Numbered from the stretch's first letter, positions 1 through 10,118 are shown. The stretch: 64,000 nucleotides of DNA from an uncultured bacterium (GCA_963717435.1 OY970332.1:608001-672000); one strand, 5' to 3'. Made by a program: numbers and translations. The notes: a model not told the origin generated them from the sequence alone.

Positions 1-122
1 CTCAGAATTTCAGATCCCTCTGAGGAAATATTTGTCGGTTTTGACTCTGTTTCTAATTTATTAAAAATAACCAACGATATAGCTGAAAATATAACTATAT
101 TTATAACGTTAACTTTTTTCAC
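1..122 (-). CDS. Hypothetical protein, N-terminal fragment running off the window start (MKKVNVINIVIFSAISLVIFNN...)
   Basis: Manual translation from GTG at 122; open to position 1; basic then hydrophobic N-terminus like a signal peptide. Confidence 0.55.
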   Translation of the reverse strand, partial: MKKVNVINIVIFSAISLVIFNKLETESKPTNISSEGSEIL

Positions 123-231
123 TTTAATACCCGCTTAATTTTTAAAATTTAAATATCTTAAAGCTTTATTACAAAAAAACAGTTTATGTAAGATATGTTT
201 AAAAAAACAAGGATTTAAAAATTTTGGGCAT

Positions 232-268
232 AAAAAAACTGGCTTGAGTGATAAATTCAAGCCAGTTT
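232..268 (-). terminator. Intrinsic terminator after tRNA-fMet
   Basis: AAACTGGCTTGA / TCAAGCCAGTTT stem; A-run at 232-238 gives a U tract on the minus strand. Confidence 0.8.
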
Positions 269-275
269 AGTAATT

Positions 276-352
<77 letters not shown>

Positions 353-363
353 ATACATTCATA

Positions 364-391
364 ATCATAGATTTATTTGCAGGTTTGTCAA
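364..391 (-). promoter_or_regulatory. Sigma70-type promoter of tRNA-fMet
   Basis: TTGACA-N16-TATGAT on minus strand just upstream of the tRNA. Confidence 0.7.
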
Positions 392-408
392 ACGATTTAT
401 GCACTAAT

Positions 409-816
409 TTAGCTGATTTTATCGGTGTTATAAGCAATAACAGCAGCCATGGCTGTATCACCTGAATATGTTATAGATACAGAAAAATTTAATTTGTTTG
501 TTAAATAGTTATTTAATTCAGTATTATAAGCAACTTTTGGCTGTCCATTAACCCCATTTTCTACCCAAATTAGCTTGCAAAGTGTTAAAAATGGCAAATT
601 CTGCCCCAAAAATGGGGAAATAGCCTTAAAAGTAGCCTCTTTGAAGGCAAACCTGGAAGCGAATCTTTCGCGGGTTTTTAAGGGGTTTATATTCGCCCCA
701 GATAGGCAATAATCTATCTCTATATCATTAAATATTCTTAACAGCCTAATTCTGGGATAATTTTGCCAGTCTTTGAAGCGTGGGATTTCCACAGAATCTA
801 TACCAATATTCAACAT
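409..816 (-). CDS. acpS: Holo-ACP synthase (4'-phosphopantetheinyl transferase)
   Basis: IGIDSVEI, RFAFKEATFKA and GQP motifs; 135 aa. Confidence 0.9.
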   Translation of the reverse strand: MLNIGIDSVEIPRFKDWQNYPRIRLLRIFNDIEIDYCLSGANINPLKTRERFASRFAFKEATFKAISPFLGQNLPFLTLCKLIWVENGVNGQPKVAYNTELNNYLTNKLNFSVSITYSGDTAMAAVIAYNTDKIS

Positions 817-818
817 AA

Positions 819-2012
819 TTAATTTTCTTTTAAAACAACATATTTTTCGTCAAGCAAAGCATCTTTCAAAATATCGGGCAAACCATTAAATATATTTTTT
901 AATTTAGGATAAGAAATACTGAAAGGCTTTTTGTCTTTTTGTTCTATTTGCTTATTTCTAAATTTTAAAATCGACTTAAGCAACATATACTGTATTATTT
1001 TATTTTTTCCACTCGATTCTCCGATTACGGATTCTGTTACTTTGTCAAAATATTTGTGCAGCTTTATTAATGATTTTAGATCCCATAACTTAATTGTTTT
1101 ATTATATGACCCGGAAAGGGCATAATTGCCATCAGGACTAAATGCTACTGAATAAACCAAATCACCATGACCAGATAATGTGGCAATAGCATGTGTATTA
1201 GGGTTCTGTTTATTTCTTAAATCCCATAACTTTATTGTTTTATCATCTGACCCGGAAAGGGCATAGTTGCCATCAGGACTAAATGCTACCGAACGAACCA
1301 AATCACCATGACCGGTTAATGTGGCGATAGGCTGTGTATTAGGGTTTTGTTTATTACTTAAATCCCATAGTTTTATTGTGCCATCACATGCCCCGGAAAG
1401 AGCATAATTGCCATCAGGACTAAATGCTACTGAATAAGCCCAACTAGCATGACCGGATAATGTGGCAATCGCATGTGTATTAGGGTTCTGTTTATTACTT
1501 AAATCCCATAACTTTATTTTGCCATCATCTGACCCAGAAAGGGCATAGTTGCCATCAGGGCTGAATACCACTGAAAAAACAGTATTATCATGGCCTGATA
1601 ATGTGGCAATGGCATGTGTATTAGGGTTTTGTTTATTAGTTAAATCCCATAACTTTATTGTTTCATCATCTGCCCCAGAAAGTGCATAATTGCCACCTGG
1701 ATCTGGACTAAATGCTACTGAAGCAACAGCCCCACGATGGCCGGATAATGTCGAAATATTAGATTTTTTACCAGCGATCTCCATTAACTTTTTGATGAAC
1801 CAATTTTGCGGCTTTAAAGATTCTCTCATAATAGATCGCAAAATAAAGAACTTTTTATCATCAGAGGTCCATTGTTCAAGATTTCTCATGAAAGCAAATT
1901 CTTCCTTGCTGCCCTTAATGTTTTTGGAATCCATGCAATTTGTGTGCATAGAAATTAAGCTTAAAGAAATAAAAAATATTTTTTTCTTTATTACTGCATT
2001 TTTAAATTTCAT
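819..2012 (-). CDS. Secreted WD40-repeat protein (five 47-aa repeats)
   Basis: Repeats LSGH..V.SVAFSPDGNYALSG..D.TIKLWDL; probable start MKFKN at 2012 followed by a signal-like segment. Confidence 0.88.
   Translation of the reverse strand: MKFKNAVIKKKIFFISLSLISMHTNCMDSKNIKGSKEEFAFMRNLEQWTSDDKKFFILRSIMRESLKPQNWFIKKLMEIAGKKSNISTLSGHRGAVASVAFSPDPGGNYALSGADDETIKLWDLTNKQNPNTHAIATLSGHDNTVFSVVFSPDGNYALSGSDDGKIKLWDLSNKQNPNTHAIATLSGHASWAYSVAFSPDGNYALSGACDGTIKLWDLSNKQNPNTQPIATLTGHGDLVRSVAFSPDGNYALSGSDDKTIKLWDLRNKQNPNTHAIATLSGHGDLVYSVAFSPDGNYALSGSYNKTIKLWDLKSLIKLHKYFDKVTESVIGESSGKNKIIQYMLLKSILKFRNKQIEQKDKKPFSISYPKLKNIFNGLPDILKDALLDEKYVVLKEN
1075..1757 (-). repeat. Tandem ~141-bp WD40 repeat array, 5 units
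   Basis: Near-identical DNA units, e.g. TTGCCATCAGGACTAAATGCTAC recurring at ~141-nt period. Confidence 0.9.
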
Positions 2013-2039
2013 GAAACCCCAAATATTTAAAATTTTATT

Positions 2040-2061
2040 CGCCGTCGCTAAAGCTATGGCG
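2040..2061. repeat. Family-B palindromic repeat core (intergenic)
   Basis: CGCCGTCGCTAAAGCTATGGCG; minus strand CGCC-ATA-GC-TTTA-GC-GAC-GGCG has the same architecture as the other B copies. Confidence 0.6.
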
Positions 2062-2104
2062 TAATTTCGCGCTATATACCGGATTAAAAAGCCGGTCGAG
2101 CGCT

Positions 2105-3655
2105 TCATTGCGCCTTAAGCTTTTCTATATTTTGGTCCAAAGATCTATAAAGCAAAGCTTCTTGTATATGTTTCAAGTCTATGTCTTTAGATTCTTCAAA
2201 GTCGGCGATAGTGCGGGCGACTTTTAATAATTTGTGATAGCTGCGCATAGTAAATCCAAATTTATCAAACACTTTTTTGATCAAATCTTGGGCACTAGAC
2301 GTTAATGTACAAAATTTATCAACTTGATCGGAACTCATATGAGCGTTCCAGTTTGGCTTATCTTCAAATCTTTGTTTTTGAATCTGCGCGGCGCGTTCCA
2401 CAGATTTATATAAATCTTCTGAGCTTGTATTTGAATTATCTTTTGCAGCCACAGTCTCGTAATCTACTGACGGAATAACAATCTGCAAGTCTATTCTGTC
2501 AAGTAATGGACCTGAAATTTTTGAAAAATATTTTCCAATTTGCTGCAAGTTACATTTGCATTCACGTTTTTTATCTCCCCAAAATCCACACGGACAAGGG
2601 TTTAATGCAGCAATTAGCAAAAATGACGCAGGGAAAGTAATTGTCTGAAGTGCGCGAGCAATACACACAGAATGGTTCTCAAGTGGTTGTCTTAATGTTT
2701 CCAAAACATCTCTTTTAAATTCTGTAAGTTCATCAAGAAATAAGATTCCATTATTGGATAAACTTATTTCTCCTGGTTGCGGGAATGAGCCGCCTCCAAC
2801 AAGACCCGCTTGGCTGATCGTATGATGCGGACTTCTAAATGGTCGATCAGTTACCAGATGCTTCGAGCCAAGTCTGCCCGATATCGAATATATTTTGCTT
2901 GTATCAAGAATCTCATCAAAAGACATTTTGGGCATAATGGTAGGCAGTCTTTTTGCGAGCATAGTTTTTCCAGATCCAGGCGAGCCTATAAATAAAATAT
3001 TGTGCCTGCCCGCTGCTGCTATCTGCAAAGCTCGTTTTGCTTGGTGCTGTCCCTTGACTTGATTAAAGTTAAGATTTTCTAAATTTGGTGCTGCTTCAAA
3101 ATCTTTTGGATTAGCAACTGTTGGTTCGATTTGTATTTCTTTGCGCAAATATGCAACAAGTTGTGTAAAACTTGATACCCCGATAACCTCTATGCCATTT
3201 ATTAACGCAGCCTCTTTTGCATTAAATTCAGGAATAATAAGTCTTTTTTTGTTAAGTCTATTTTTTGCGTCGTATGCTATCGGCAGAACTCCATTAACCG
3301 GCTTAATTGTCCCATCAAGTGAAAGTTCGCCAAGAATAATTGTCTCTTGTAAAAAATTTGCTGGGATTTCAACCATAGACGCAGCGTGTAAAATTCCCAA
3401 CGCTATAGGTAAATCGAAAAGGGTCCCCTCTTTTTTTATATCAGCAGGGGCCAGATTAACTGTAATTTTTCTCTCTGGCAGCCTAACGCCACAGTTTTTC
3501 AGAGCAGTTAGTATGCGTTGTCTGCTTTCTTTTATCGCTGTGTCTGGCAATCCGACAATAAAAAATTGTAAAAGCCCGAAAGATAGATCAACTTCAACTT
3601 CAACGATATGAGTTTCTATTCCAATTGTAGTGGCCGAGAATATTTTTGTATGCAT
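2105..3655 (-). CDS. comM: YifB/ComM family Mg-chelatase-like AAA+ ATPase
   Basis: VGLPDTAIKES, ITVNLAPAD, GSPGSGKT, PFRSPHH, LFLDE, NPCPCG; start MHTKI at 3655. Confidence 0.95.
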   Translation of the reverse strand: MHTKIFSATTIGIETHIVEVEVDLSFGLLQFFIVGLPDTAIKESRQRILTALKNCGVRLPERKITVNLAPADIKKEGTLFDLPIALGILHAASMVEIPANFLQETIILGELSLDGTIKPVNGVLPIAYDAKNRLNKKRLIIPEFNAKEAALINGIEVIGVSSFTQLVAYLRKEIQIEPTVANPKDFEAAPNLENLNFNQVKGQHQAKRALQIAAAGRHNILFIGSPGSGKTMLAKRLPTIMPKMSFDEILDTSKIYSISGRLGSKHLVTDRPFRSPHHTISQAGLVGGGSFPQPGEISLSNNGILFLDELTEFKRDVLETLRQPLENHSVCIARALQTITFPASFLLIAALNPCPCGFWGDKKRECKCNLQQIGKYFSKISGPLLDRIDLQIVIPSVDYETVAAKDNSNTSSEDLYKSVERAAQIQKQRFEDKPNWNAHMSSDQVDKFCTLTSSAQDLIKKVFDKFGFTMRSYHKLLKVARTIADFEESKDIDLKHIQEALLYRSLDQNIEKLKAQ

Positions 3656-3793
3656 GAAAATGGGCTTTTTTAATAAATAATTTATAACCGTCAAAAAAAA
3701 TCTTATATAAATATATAGCACATATTTTTACGTTTGGAAATTGCGGAAAATTTATTGTAGAATGGAGTTTCTAAAGTGATTTATTAATTAGGG

Positions 3794-6643
3794 ATGATAT
3801 TTATGCTAGCAAGAAATCCGCAGAAGCCCATAATGAAATTTGTTTTGGCGTCACTATGTGTGAGCCAAAGTGTTGGTCAAATTTTTTCCAGAACCTTGGT
3901 TTTGTCAGATCAATCCAATCAGGCGTCAAGTTTTAATTTTCCTGTATCTGTACATGATTTTTATAATGCGGACGGATACTGTTATGTTGGAGCTGCAAGC
4001 GCCGTAGCCGACAACACATTCTCTGTATCTTTCTTTAAGCGGGGTTATAATACTTTCACGCCACTAACTCCCGCAAACACAACTTTAAATAATGTTCCAA
4101 ATCAACCTAATCCATTATGTGGTGCACAAATAAATTTTCTTTCTTTGATGGTCGATATGCCCGCTCTTGTGAAAAACGGCGATAATCAAAGAGTTTATTT
4201 TCTAAGGGCTCTGGACCCAAGTCTTTCTGTTGTCAGTTCGCCAATCGTGAACGACGCGGGCGGATTACCAACCGGCGGTATAGTTGGCCTTGCAACAAAT
4301 CAGCCCGGTACATCGGATACGGTAGATTTATCAAAGCAATTGATTTTTGCAGCAGTACAAGACAATTCAGGAAATTTTGGTGTTAATAATTCTGGCATAG
4401 CACTTTTGCAACTTGTGCAAACCATGACCGGGAACGTGAAAAATTTCACACTTAATGTTGCTGATTTAGTTGCCGGAAATTCTACGGGAAATAAAGCGAT
4501 GCAATTAAATACATCAACTCCCGCTGTTATGGTCACCGACCCGCTTTCTTTTATAACTAGCACAACTGTAGATATGTTTTGGGATACGGACTTGCAAAAA
4601 TTATATATAGCCTTGCAGGGCCAAGCTGGCGCTGGTGCCCAAGATGGAATGCTCGGCGTTGTTGTTGCAAGTATTTTGGGTAACGGCACAAGCACCCAAT
4701 TAGCGTTTCAGCCGATAATAGCCAATAGTGCCCTAAATGTTCCAACAAATAATAATATTATTGCCGGAGTTGGATCCAACTCTCAAGTTTCTATTTTAAA
4801 AGTGCGTACAATGAAAACAAGCACGGGCGTAAAATATCTTATAGTTGTGGGCGGCAATGGATCCGCGTCAACTGTAGGAAATCAAGTTTATGCAATTCCA
4901 TTAGTTTCGTTAAACAGTACAGGTAACCCAAGTTTGTTGGGCACTGTTGCATCCAAAAACTCTACACCATTTAATGGCTTTACAGGAAGATTTCCAGAAA
5001 GATTGATTGCCCGTGGATTTTCAATTCCCGCTGCTTCAAATTCTGATCTTGTCACATCTTACGATGCGCAGGGCCTTGTCGGAGCTGCTTCGATGTTTGC
5101 AAATATTACCGATATTAATGTTGTTGGTGATACTGTCTACGTCTCAACTTCGCAACCCGGAGGCGGTCAACAATCAGGTGTATTTTATTCTCAGGCTATT
5201 TTTAATCCAAATGGCTCGATAGCAAATTGGACGCCTTGGCAGAGAACGGCTGGTAATGCGCAAAATGTTTTTGGTTTGCAATTTGATGTCTATCTTTCAA
5301 ACATGATTTATATTCAAAGTACAAATAATCAAGCTACAAACGCAAACAGTGTATATACATCAACTTGGAGCACTGGAGCATCAACTTTTGAAAATAATAT
5401 TTCGCAACAATTAAGTTCAGTAGTTGATGGTGTTCAAGGGTTATCTAGTTTTGGCCCACAAACTTTGTCTTTTAATCAGACGCCAAGTTCGAGAACGTCA
5501 TTAACTGTCATGACCGGTTACCAAAAAGTTTTAATTTTGCAGGATGGTGAAGATGACGCAAATGGCAACTTCGGGCCAAATCCAACTTTCGGCAACATAG
5601 ATTATTTTTCTACAGACGGAACACTTTCAAATTTTACAAATTCAACAGTGAAATCTGGTCTTTCGATCACTGGCGGAGCTCTTGAATCTCTGAGTGCGAT
5701 AATATCTAGCGCTATCGGCACTGATGGCACTAACGGTTGGTTATTTGTTGGTGGTAATGGTGGACTTGCTGTATTGTGCGATCAAAACGGAAATGGTTGG
5801 CCAGCATCTCCTGGTTTATCTGAAAATTTTGTTGGATTAAATAATAATTTACAATTTAAAAAAATTGGGAACTTTTCGAATGTCAGAAAGCTTGTTGCAT
5901 GTAACGGCAAATTATATGTTTTGACTTCAAATTCACTTTCAAGATTAGATTTGAATGCAAATTTATTTGCCAATAACGGACAGTTTTCTGCTACCAATTT
6001 AGCTAATCCCAACGGGCTTCCCGGTGGCGGGCGCAATTTCTATTTTGCAGATTTTATAGCCAGAGGTTCTTTTGGGATTTTAACAACAAGCAGTGGTCTT
6101 TTCAGTTCAGGAATAGGTTCAGATATTTCTGCTGCATCAAATCAAGTTAACGTAAACTGGACCTATGTAAATCTAAATGAGTCCGTTGGTCCATCTACCA
6201 GAATATTTGATATAAATTTTGGCGAGCAAGATACAGGAATAGCTAATTTATATTTAATAAACTCTTATGTTGGATTTAATCAGGCTCGCGTATATCGCAT
6301 GGCGATTAATAGTTCAAATAGTTCGCAAGTTCAGGTTTATCCATTTAATGACATTTTTGTTAATGGTGCTCCCACATTTTTTATTAATATGGGCACATAT
6401 AGAAACTATGTGTTTACTGACGGCAGCAATTTATTTCTTTCAAGAAGCAGATATGTCGATCGGAGCCCATTTTTAGAGCTTATAACTTTAAACACTATTT
6501 TTAGTAATCCACAGGCTCGAAATAATAGTCGATACCTGTATCTAAAAATAGATAAAAATAATGCGGTAGGAAAACTCTTAAGAACATCTGGATCCGGAAA
6601 TTATATATTATGTGGTGATTTCGGAATAAGATACAACGGCTAA
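3794..6643 (+). CDS. Large secreted Gly/Ser/Asn/Thr-rich beta-strand protein (surface protein or beta-propeller-like)
   Basis: 949-aa ORF, signal-like N-terminus, beta-rich composition, no recognised catalytic motif. Confidence 0.75.
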   Translation: MIFMLARNPQKPIMKFVLASLCVSQSVGQIFSRTLVLSDQSNQASSFNFPVSVHDFYNADGYCYVGAASAVADNTFSVSFFKRGYNTFTPLTPANTTLNNVPNQPNPLCGAQINFLSLMVDMPALVKNGDNQRVYFLRALDPSLSVVSSPIVNDAGGLPTGGIVGLATNQPGTSDTVDLSKQLIFAAVQDNSGNFGVNNSGIALLQLVQTMTGNVKNFTLNVADLVAGNSTGNKAMQLNTSTPAVMVTDPLSFITSTTVDMFWDTDLQKLYIALQGQAGAGAQDGMLGVVVASILGNGTSTQLAFQPIIANSALNVPTNNNIIAGVGSNSQVSILKVRTMKTSTGVKYLIVVGGNGSASTVGNQVYAIPLVSLNSTGNPSLLGTVASKNSTPFNGFTGRFPERLIARGFSIPAASNSDLVTSYDAQGLVGAASMFANITDINVVGDTVYVSTSQPGGGQQSGVFYSQAIFNPNGSIANWTPWQRTAGNAQNVFGLQFDVYLSNMIYIQSTNNQATNANSVYTSTWSTGASTFENNISQQLSSVVDGVQGLSSFGPQTLSFNQTPSSRTSLTVMTGYQKVLILQDGEDDANGNFGPNPTFGNIDYFSTDGTLSNFTNSTVKSGLSITGGALESLSAIISSAIGTDGTNGWLFVGGNGGLAVLCDQNGNGWPASPGLSENFVGLNNNLQFKKIGNFSNVRKLVACNGKLYVLTSNSLSRLDLNANLFANNGQFSATNLANPNGLPGGGRNFYFADFIARGSFGILTTSSGLFSSGIGSDISAASNQVNVNWTYVNLNESVGPSTRIFDINFGEQDTGIANLYLINSYVGFNQARVYRMAINSSNSSQVQVYPFNDIFVNGAPTFFINMGTYRNYVFTDGSNLFLSRSRYVDRSPFLELITLNTIFSNPQARNNSRYLYLKIDKNNAVGKLLRTSGSGNYILCGDFGIRYNG

Positions 6644-6661
6644 AAAAGGTAAGAAAGCATC

Positions 6662-7915
6662 ATGATCAAAAAACAATATTTACTTTTTATGCTTAGCTTA
6701 ACAAGTGCGAGCATTTATTCGATAGCGCCAACAAATCTTTTCATGCCATATGATAGCTTATTAATTCCCGAAACATGGCCAGGGAGCAGATTTCAGTTCT
6801 CTATAGATTATGAAGGCTCATATAAAGTTCATGGATTTCAAGAAGAAGATATTATTAATACTGGTAAAAAACGCAAAGTTAATACACTGCAGTTATGGCA
6901 ATGCACACAAGATGCGTTAGCCATGATAAAGGGCTTTAACAGCGAGGACCCGTTAGGGCAGCTGAGTCAAAGTTTTAACATAGACGATGATAACGGCTCG
7001 CATGGCTTGTATGTTGCTACTGGAAATTTTGAAATTCCAATAAATTTAATATTCTCGGCAAGATGGTTTTTGGCACACAATTTTTCTGTCGTTTTATTTT
7101 TGCCATACTATAAAATGACTTTGAAAAATGTCTGCTTGACCGAACAAACGAACCACACGTCTTTTGAAAGTAATTTGGATCAAAATTTTATACCAACTTT
7201 GCAAAATAAGGGATGCGTTTCTCTTTCAAATTGGGAGAGGCATGGAGTTGGAGATCTTGTTGCGCAAGCTATGTGGCGCCAAAATTTTCCACAGTACCGT
7301 CCATTTTTAAAGAACGTACGACTAAATGTTCGTTTTGGTGCGACATTTCCGACGGGTGTGAAAGAAGATACAAACAAAATTTTAGCCATACCATTTGGAA
7401 ACGACGGAGCGTGGGGTTTTGTTTTTGGTACCGGTCTTGATTTAAATATTTCAAGTTTTTTACGTTTTGGGCTTGATGCAAACTTTTTATATTTATTTGG
7501 CAACACTCGCACGCGCCGTATAAAAACCGATCTTGCACAAACGGATCTATTTTTATTAAATCAATATAGAGCATACAAGCACTATGGCCTTACAAATTGG
7601 TTCACTCTTTATGGCGAACTTTTCAGAATAACTCATGGCTTATCTGCCAAAGTTGCATACGAATTTATTCACCACGATGATGACACGGTTTATGTCGAGT
7701 CTGATATGGTCAACCCATTAATAGCAAATTCTGCTGTTAGCTTGATGGACTGGACCACTCACAGTTTTATTTTTAGCCTATCTTATGATCCGTATTGTGA
7801 TTTTCCACAAAGCAGATTTAAGCCGTATATTACAGCATTTGCTAAATGGGGCTTTAACGGCAGAAATGCTATTCTTGCCGACACACTCGGCGTAACTTTT
7901 AGTTTAAGTTTCTAA
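6662..7915 (+). CDS. Probable outer-membrane beta-barrel protein
   Basis: Signal peptide, aromatic-rich alternating strands, C-terminal LGVTFSLSF ending in Phe (BAM-type signal). Confidence 0.65.
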   Translation: MIKKQYLLFMLSLTSASIYSIAPTNLFMPYDSLLIPETWPGSRFQFSIDYEGSYKVHGFQEEDIINTGKKRKVNTLQLWQCTQDALAMIKGFNSEDPLGQLSQSFNIDDDNGSHGLYVATGNFEIPINLIFSARWFLAHNFSVVLFLPYYKMTLKNVCLTEQTNHTSFESNLDQNFIPTLQNKGCVSLSNWERHGVGDLVAQAMWRQNFPQYRPFLKNVRLNVRFGATFPTGVKEDTNKILAIPFGNDGAWGFVFGTGLDLNISSFLRFGLDANFLYLFGNTRTRRIKTDLAQTDLFLLNQYRAYKHYGLTNWFTLYGELFRITHGLSAKVAYEFIHHDDDTVYVESDMVNPLIANSAVSLMDWTTHSFIFSLSYDPYCDFPQSRFKPYITAFAKWGFNGRNAILADTLGVTFSLSF

Positions 7916-7935
7916 TTAAATATTTTTTGCAAACA

Positions 7936-7968
7936 AAAAGGGTTCTTGAAATTCTCAAGAGCCCTTTT
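7936..7968. terminator. Bidirectional terminator between convergent genes
   Basis: AAAAGGGTTCTTGA / TCAAGAGCCCTTTT. Confidence 0.8.
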
Positions 7969-7989
7969 AAATTTACTTAATTTATTTTT

Positions 7990-8841
7990 TTAATTTTCTT
8001 TGATTATCTCTTTAATTCTCGCAGATGACACTAATGTATAAACTACTCGAGCATCTTTTAATTTTTCGCTGGCAGCGTTGCACATCAAGGACGATAGTAA
8101 TTTGTACGAAGCATAAAGCCCGACGACCGCAGATGTTGCGATTCCAGCTATAAGCGACCATTTTTTTAACTCGATTTCCAAATGCAGTTTTTGTGTAGGA
8201 TTAGACTTTATTTTTGCGATAAATTTTGAGACTGTTTCTAAGCTAGGTTTTGCTTTAACTTCCCCAGCAAAATTCATAAATGTATTATAAAGTCCGGTAG
8301 GCGCCATTTCAGGTTGTTTGAAAGGGACAGTTTTTGGGATGCTTGTTGTTTTTTTACCTTTTTTGTTTTTGAAAAAATTGAAAAATCCATCAACAGCATT
8401 ATCAATTCCATCGCTGATTTCTTGGAAACCCCTATCTACCTCTGACGCTATGTGTTTAATTCCGTTATCTAGTTCTACACTAAATGCCGTTACAGTCGCT
8501 GCGGCTTCAAACTCTTGGTGTTGTTTAAAACAGAAATGCGCTAGTTTGTAAGAACCAGCCATAGTCAAAGCGCTTAGGACAAAATTGACGGAGTCTTTTG
8601 AGCTATAAAGAATGAATTTGCTAGCATTTTGGTAATATGCAACATTATTTTGTGCCGAATTAACTAATAAATTTTTAAGATTTTGATCAAGTTCTTCAAT
8701 TTGGCCGAGCAATTTGCTTGTCTTATTTACATCGCAATTATTAACAGAGGCCAATAACTGTTCTTCTAATACTGAATAACTAAGTGCGTTTGAATATATA
8801 ATCGCAAGTGATAATATTAACTTTTTCAAGAGAAACCCCAA
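7990..8841 (-). CDS. Secreted or membrane hypothetical protein, paralog of the 8966 and 9609 genes with an expanded central region
   Basis: YSVLEEQLLASVNN matches YTELENKLFDAINN; shared C-terminal C.AA...LK.A..V motif. Confidence 0.75.
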   Translation of the reverse strand: MGFLLKKLILSLAIIYSNALSYSVLEEQLLASVNNCDVNKTSKLLGQIEELDQNLKNLLVNSAQNNVAYYQNASKFILYSSKDSVNFVLSALTMAGSYKLAHFCFKQHQEFEAAATVTAFSVELDNGIKHIASEVDRGFQEISDGIDNAVDGFFNFFKNKKGKKTTSIPKTVPFKQPEMAPTGLYNTFMNFAGEVKAKPSLETVSKFIAKIKSNPTQKLHLEIELKKWSLIAGIATSAVVGLYASYKLLSSLMCNAASEKLKDARVVYTLVSSARIKEIIKEN

Positions 8842-8878
8842 ATATTTAAAATTTGCTTATAATTCCTATATTTTATTA

Positions 8879-8938
8879 AGTATAACAGCTTGATTTTAGC
8901 AGTCAAAACCCCCCAACTTTAGATGTTTGGGGGGTTTT
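8879..8938 (-). promoter_or_regulatory. Terminator hairpin whose U tract runs into the -35 of the next promoter
   Basis: Hairpin 8905-8938; TTGACT (8901-8906)-N16-TATACT (8879-8884). Confidence 0.65.
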
Positions 8939-8965
8939 GTTTATAGTAGTTTTTATTTCTAAAAA

Positions 8966-9472
8966 TTAGTTATGTTTTTCATCTTCTTTAACTTTTGCAT
9001 CGGCTATAACACCAACTACACTTTGAGCCTCTTTTAAGTTTTTGTAAGCCCAAGCGCAATAGTAAGCCTTAAATTTTGCATAGATACCAGTACCAATTAA
9101 CAATGTTGCCAATATTGCAAGACGAGAACTTGCTGAAGATGTCGCGGCTTCTGGACCTATTTTAGCAGAACCGGCGATTCCAAATGCTAAAATTCCGAGA
9201 GCTATGTCCACTGTGCCAAAATAGTTAATCAATTGATCCCCGTAGCTGTGATCTATGTTTGTTGTTGCTTTGTAGTATTTTTTCAAATTCTTTTCAGCTA
9301 CATTGGTTACAGCTTCTTTGAGGTCTTTAGATAATGGTTCAAGTTTAGCAACCAATTCTTTTGCCCATTTCTCATCACGATTATTTATGGCATCAAATAG
9401 TTTATTTTCTAATTCTGTATATCCAAATGCGCTTGAAGCACACAGTAAAGATAGTAAAAGTAATTTTTTCAT
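8966..9472 (-). CDS. Secreted hypothetical protein with hydrophobic hairpin (tandem paralog)
   Basis: Signal peptide MKKLLLLSLLCASSAFG; two hydrophobic segments; near-identical ends to the 9609 gene. Confidence 0.85.
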   Translation of the reverse strand: MKKLLLLSLLCASSAFGYTELENKLFDAINNRDEKWAKELVAKLEPLSKDLKEAVTNVAEKNLKKYYKATTNIDHSYGDQLINYFGTVDIALGILAFGIAGSAKIGPEAATSSASSRLAILATLLIGTGIYAKFKAYYCAWAYKNLKEAQSVVGVIADAKVKEDEKHN

Positions 9473-9520
9473 AAAAATCCATTTCTTGTTAAAAAGCCTA
9501 CATTTCCCGATACAATATTA

Positions 9521-9583
9521 AGAATAACAGATAGATTTTGGCAGTCAAAAGCCCCCCAGTTTACAGGTTTGGGGGGCTTTTTT
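9521..9583 (-). promoter_or_regulatory. Duplicate terminator plus promoter module
   Basis: Hairpin 9547-9583; TTGACT (9543-9548)-N16-TATTCT (9521-9526); homologous to 8879-8938. Confidence 0.65.
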
Positions 9584-9608
9584 TATAGTAATCTCTAATT
9601 TCTAAAAA

Positions 9609-10118
9609 TTAGTCATGTTTTTCATGCTTATTTTCTTCATCTTCTTTAACTTTTGCATCAGCTATAACACCAACTACACTTTGAGCCTGTTTTAAGTTTC
9701 TATAGGCCCAAACGCAATAGGCTGCCTTAACTCTTGCTGTGATACCAAGAGCAATTAATCCCGCTGATACTGCTCCACCAATGGCACCTGCTTCTAGATT
9801 TGCTGTTGCAAGAATGAGAGAACCCATAAATCCTAGAAAGCCAAAAGTTATGCCCGTTTTTCCAAAAGAGTCAATCCATTGATCGCCATAGCTATGCCCC
9901 ATGTTTGTTGTTGCCTTGAAGTATTTTTTCAAACTCTTTTCGGCTACATTGGTTACAGCTTCTTTGAGGTCTTTAGATAATGGTTCAAGTTTAGCAACCA
10001 ATTCTTTTGCCCATTGTGCATCACGATTATTTATGGCATCAAATAGTTTATTTTCTAATTCTGTATATCCAAATACGCTTGAAGTACACAGTAAAGATGT
10101 TAAAAGTAATTTCTTCAT
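9609..10118 (-). CDS. Secreted hypothetical protein with hydrophobic hairpin (tandem paralog)
   Basis: Signal peptide; paralog of the 8966 gene. Confidence 0.85.
   Translation of the reverse strand: MKKLLLTSLLCTSSVFGYTELENKLFDAINNRDAQWAKELVAKLEPLSKDLKEAVTNVAEKSLKKYFKATTNMGHSYGDQWIDSFGKTGITFGFLGFMGSLILATANLEAGAIGGAVSAGLIALGITARVKAAYCVWAYRNLKQAQSVVGVIADAKVKEDEENKHEKHD

Noticed and set aside
2013-2108. N-terminal extension of the WD40 ORF
   Set aside because: Region contains a B repeat and precedes a better signal-peptide start at 2012; probably intergenic
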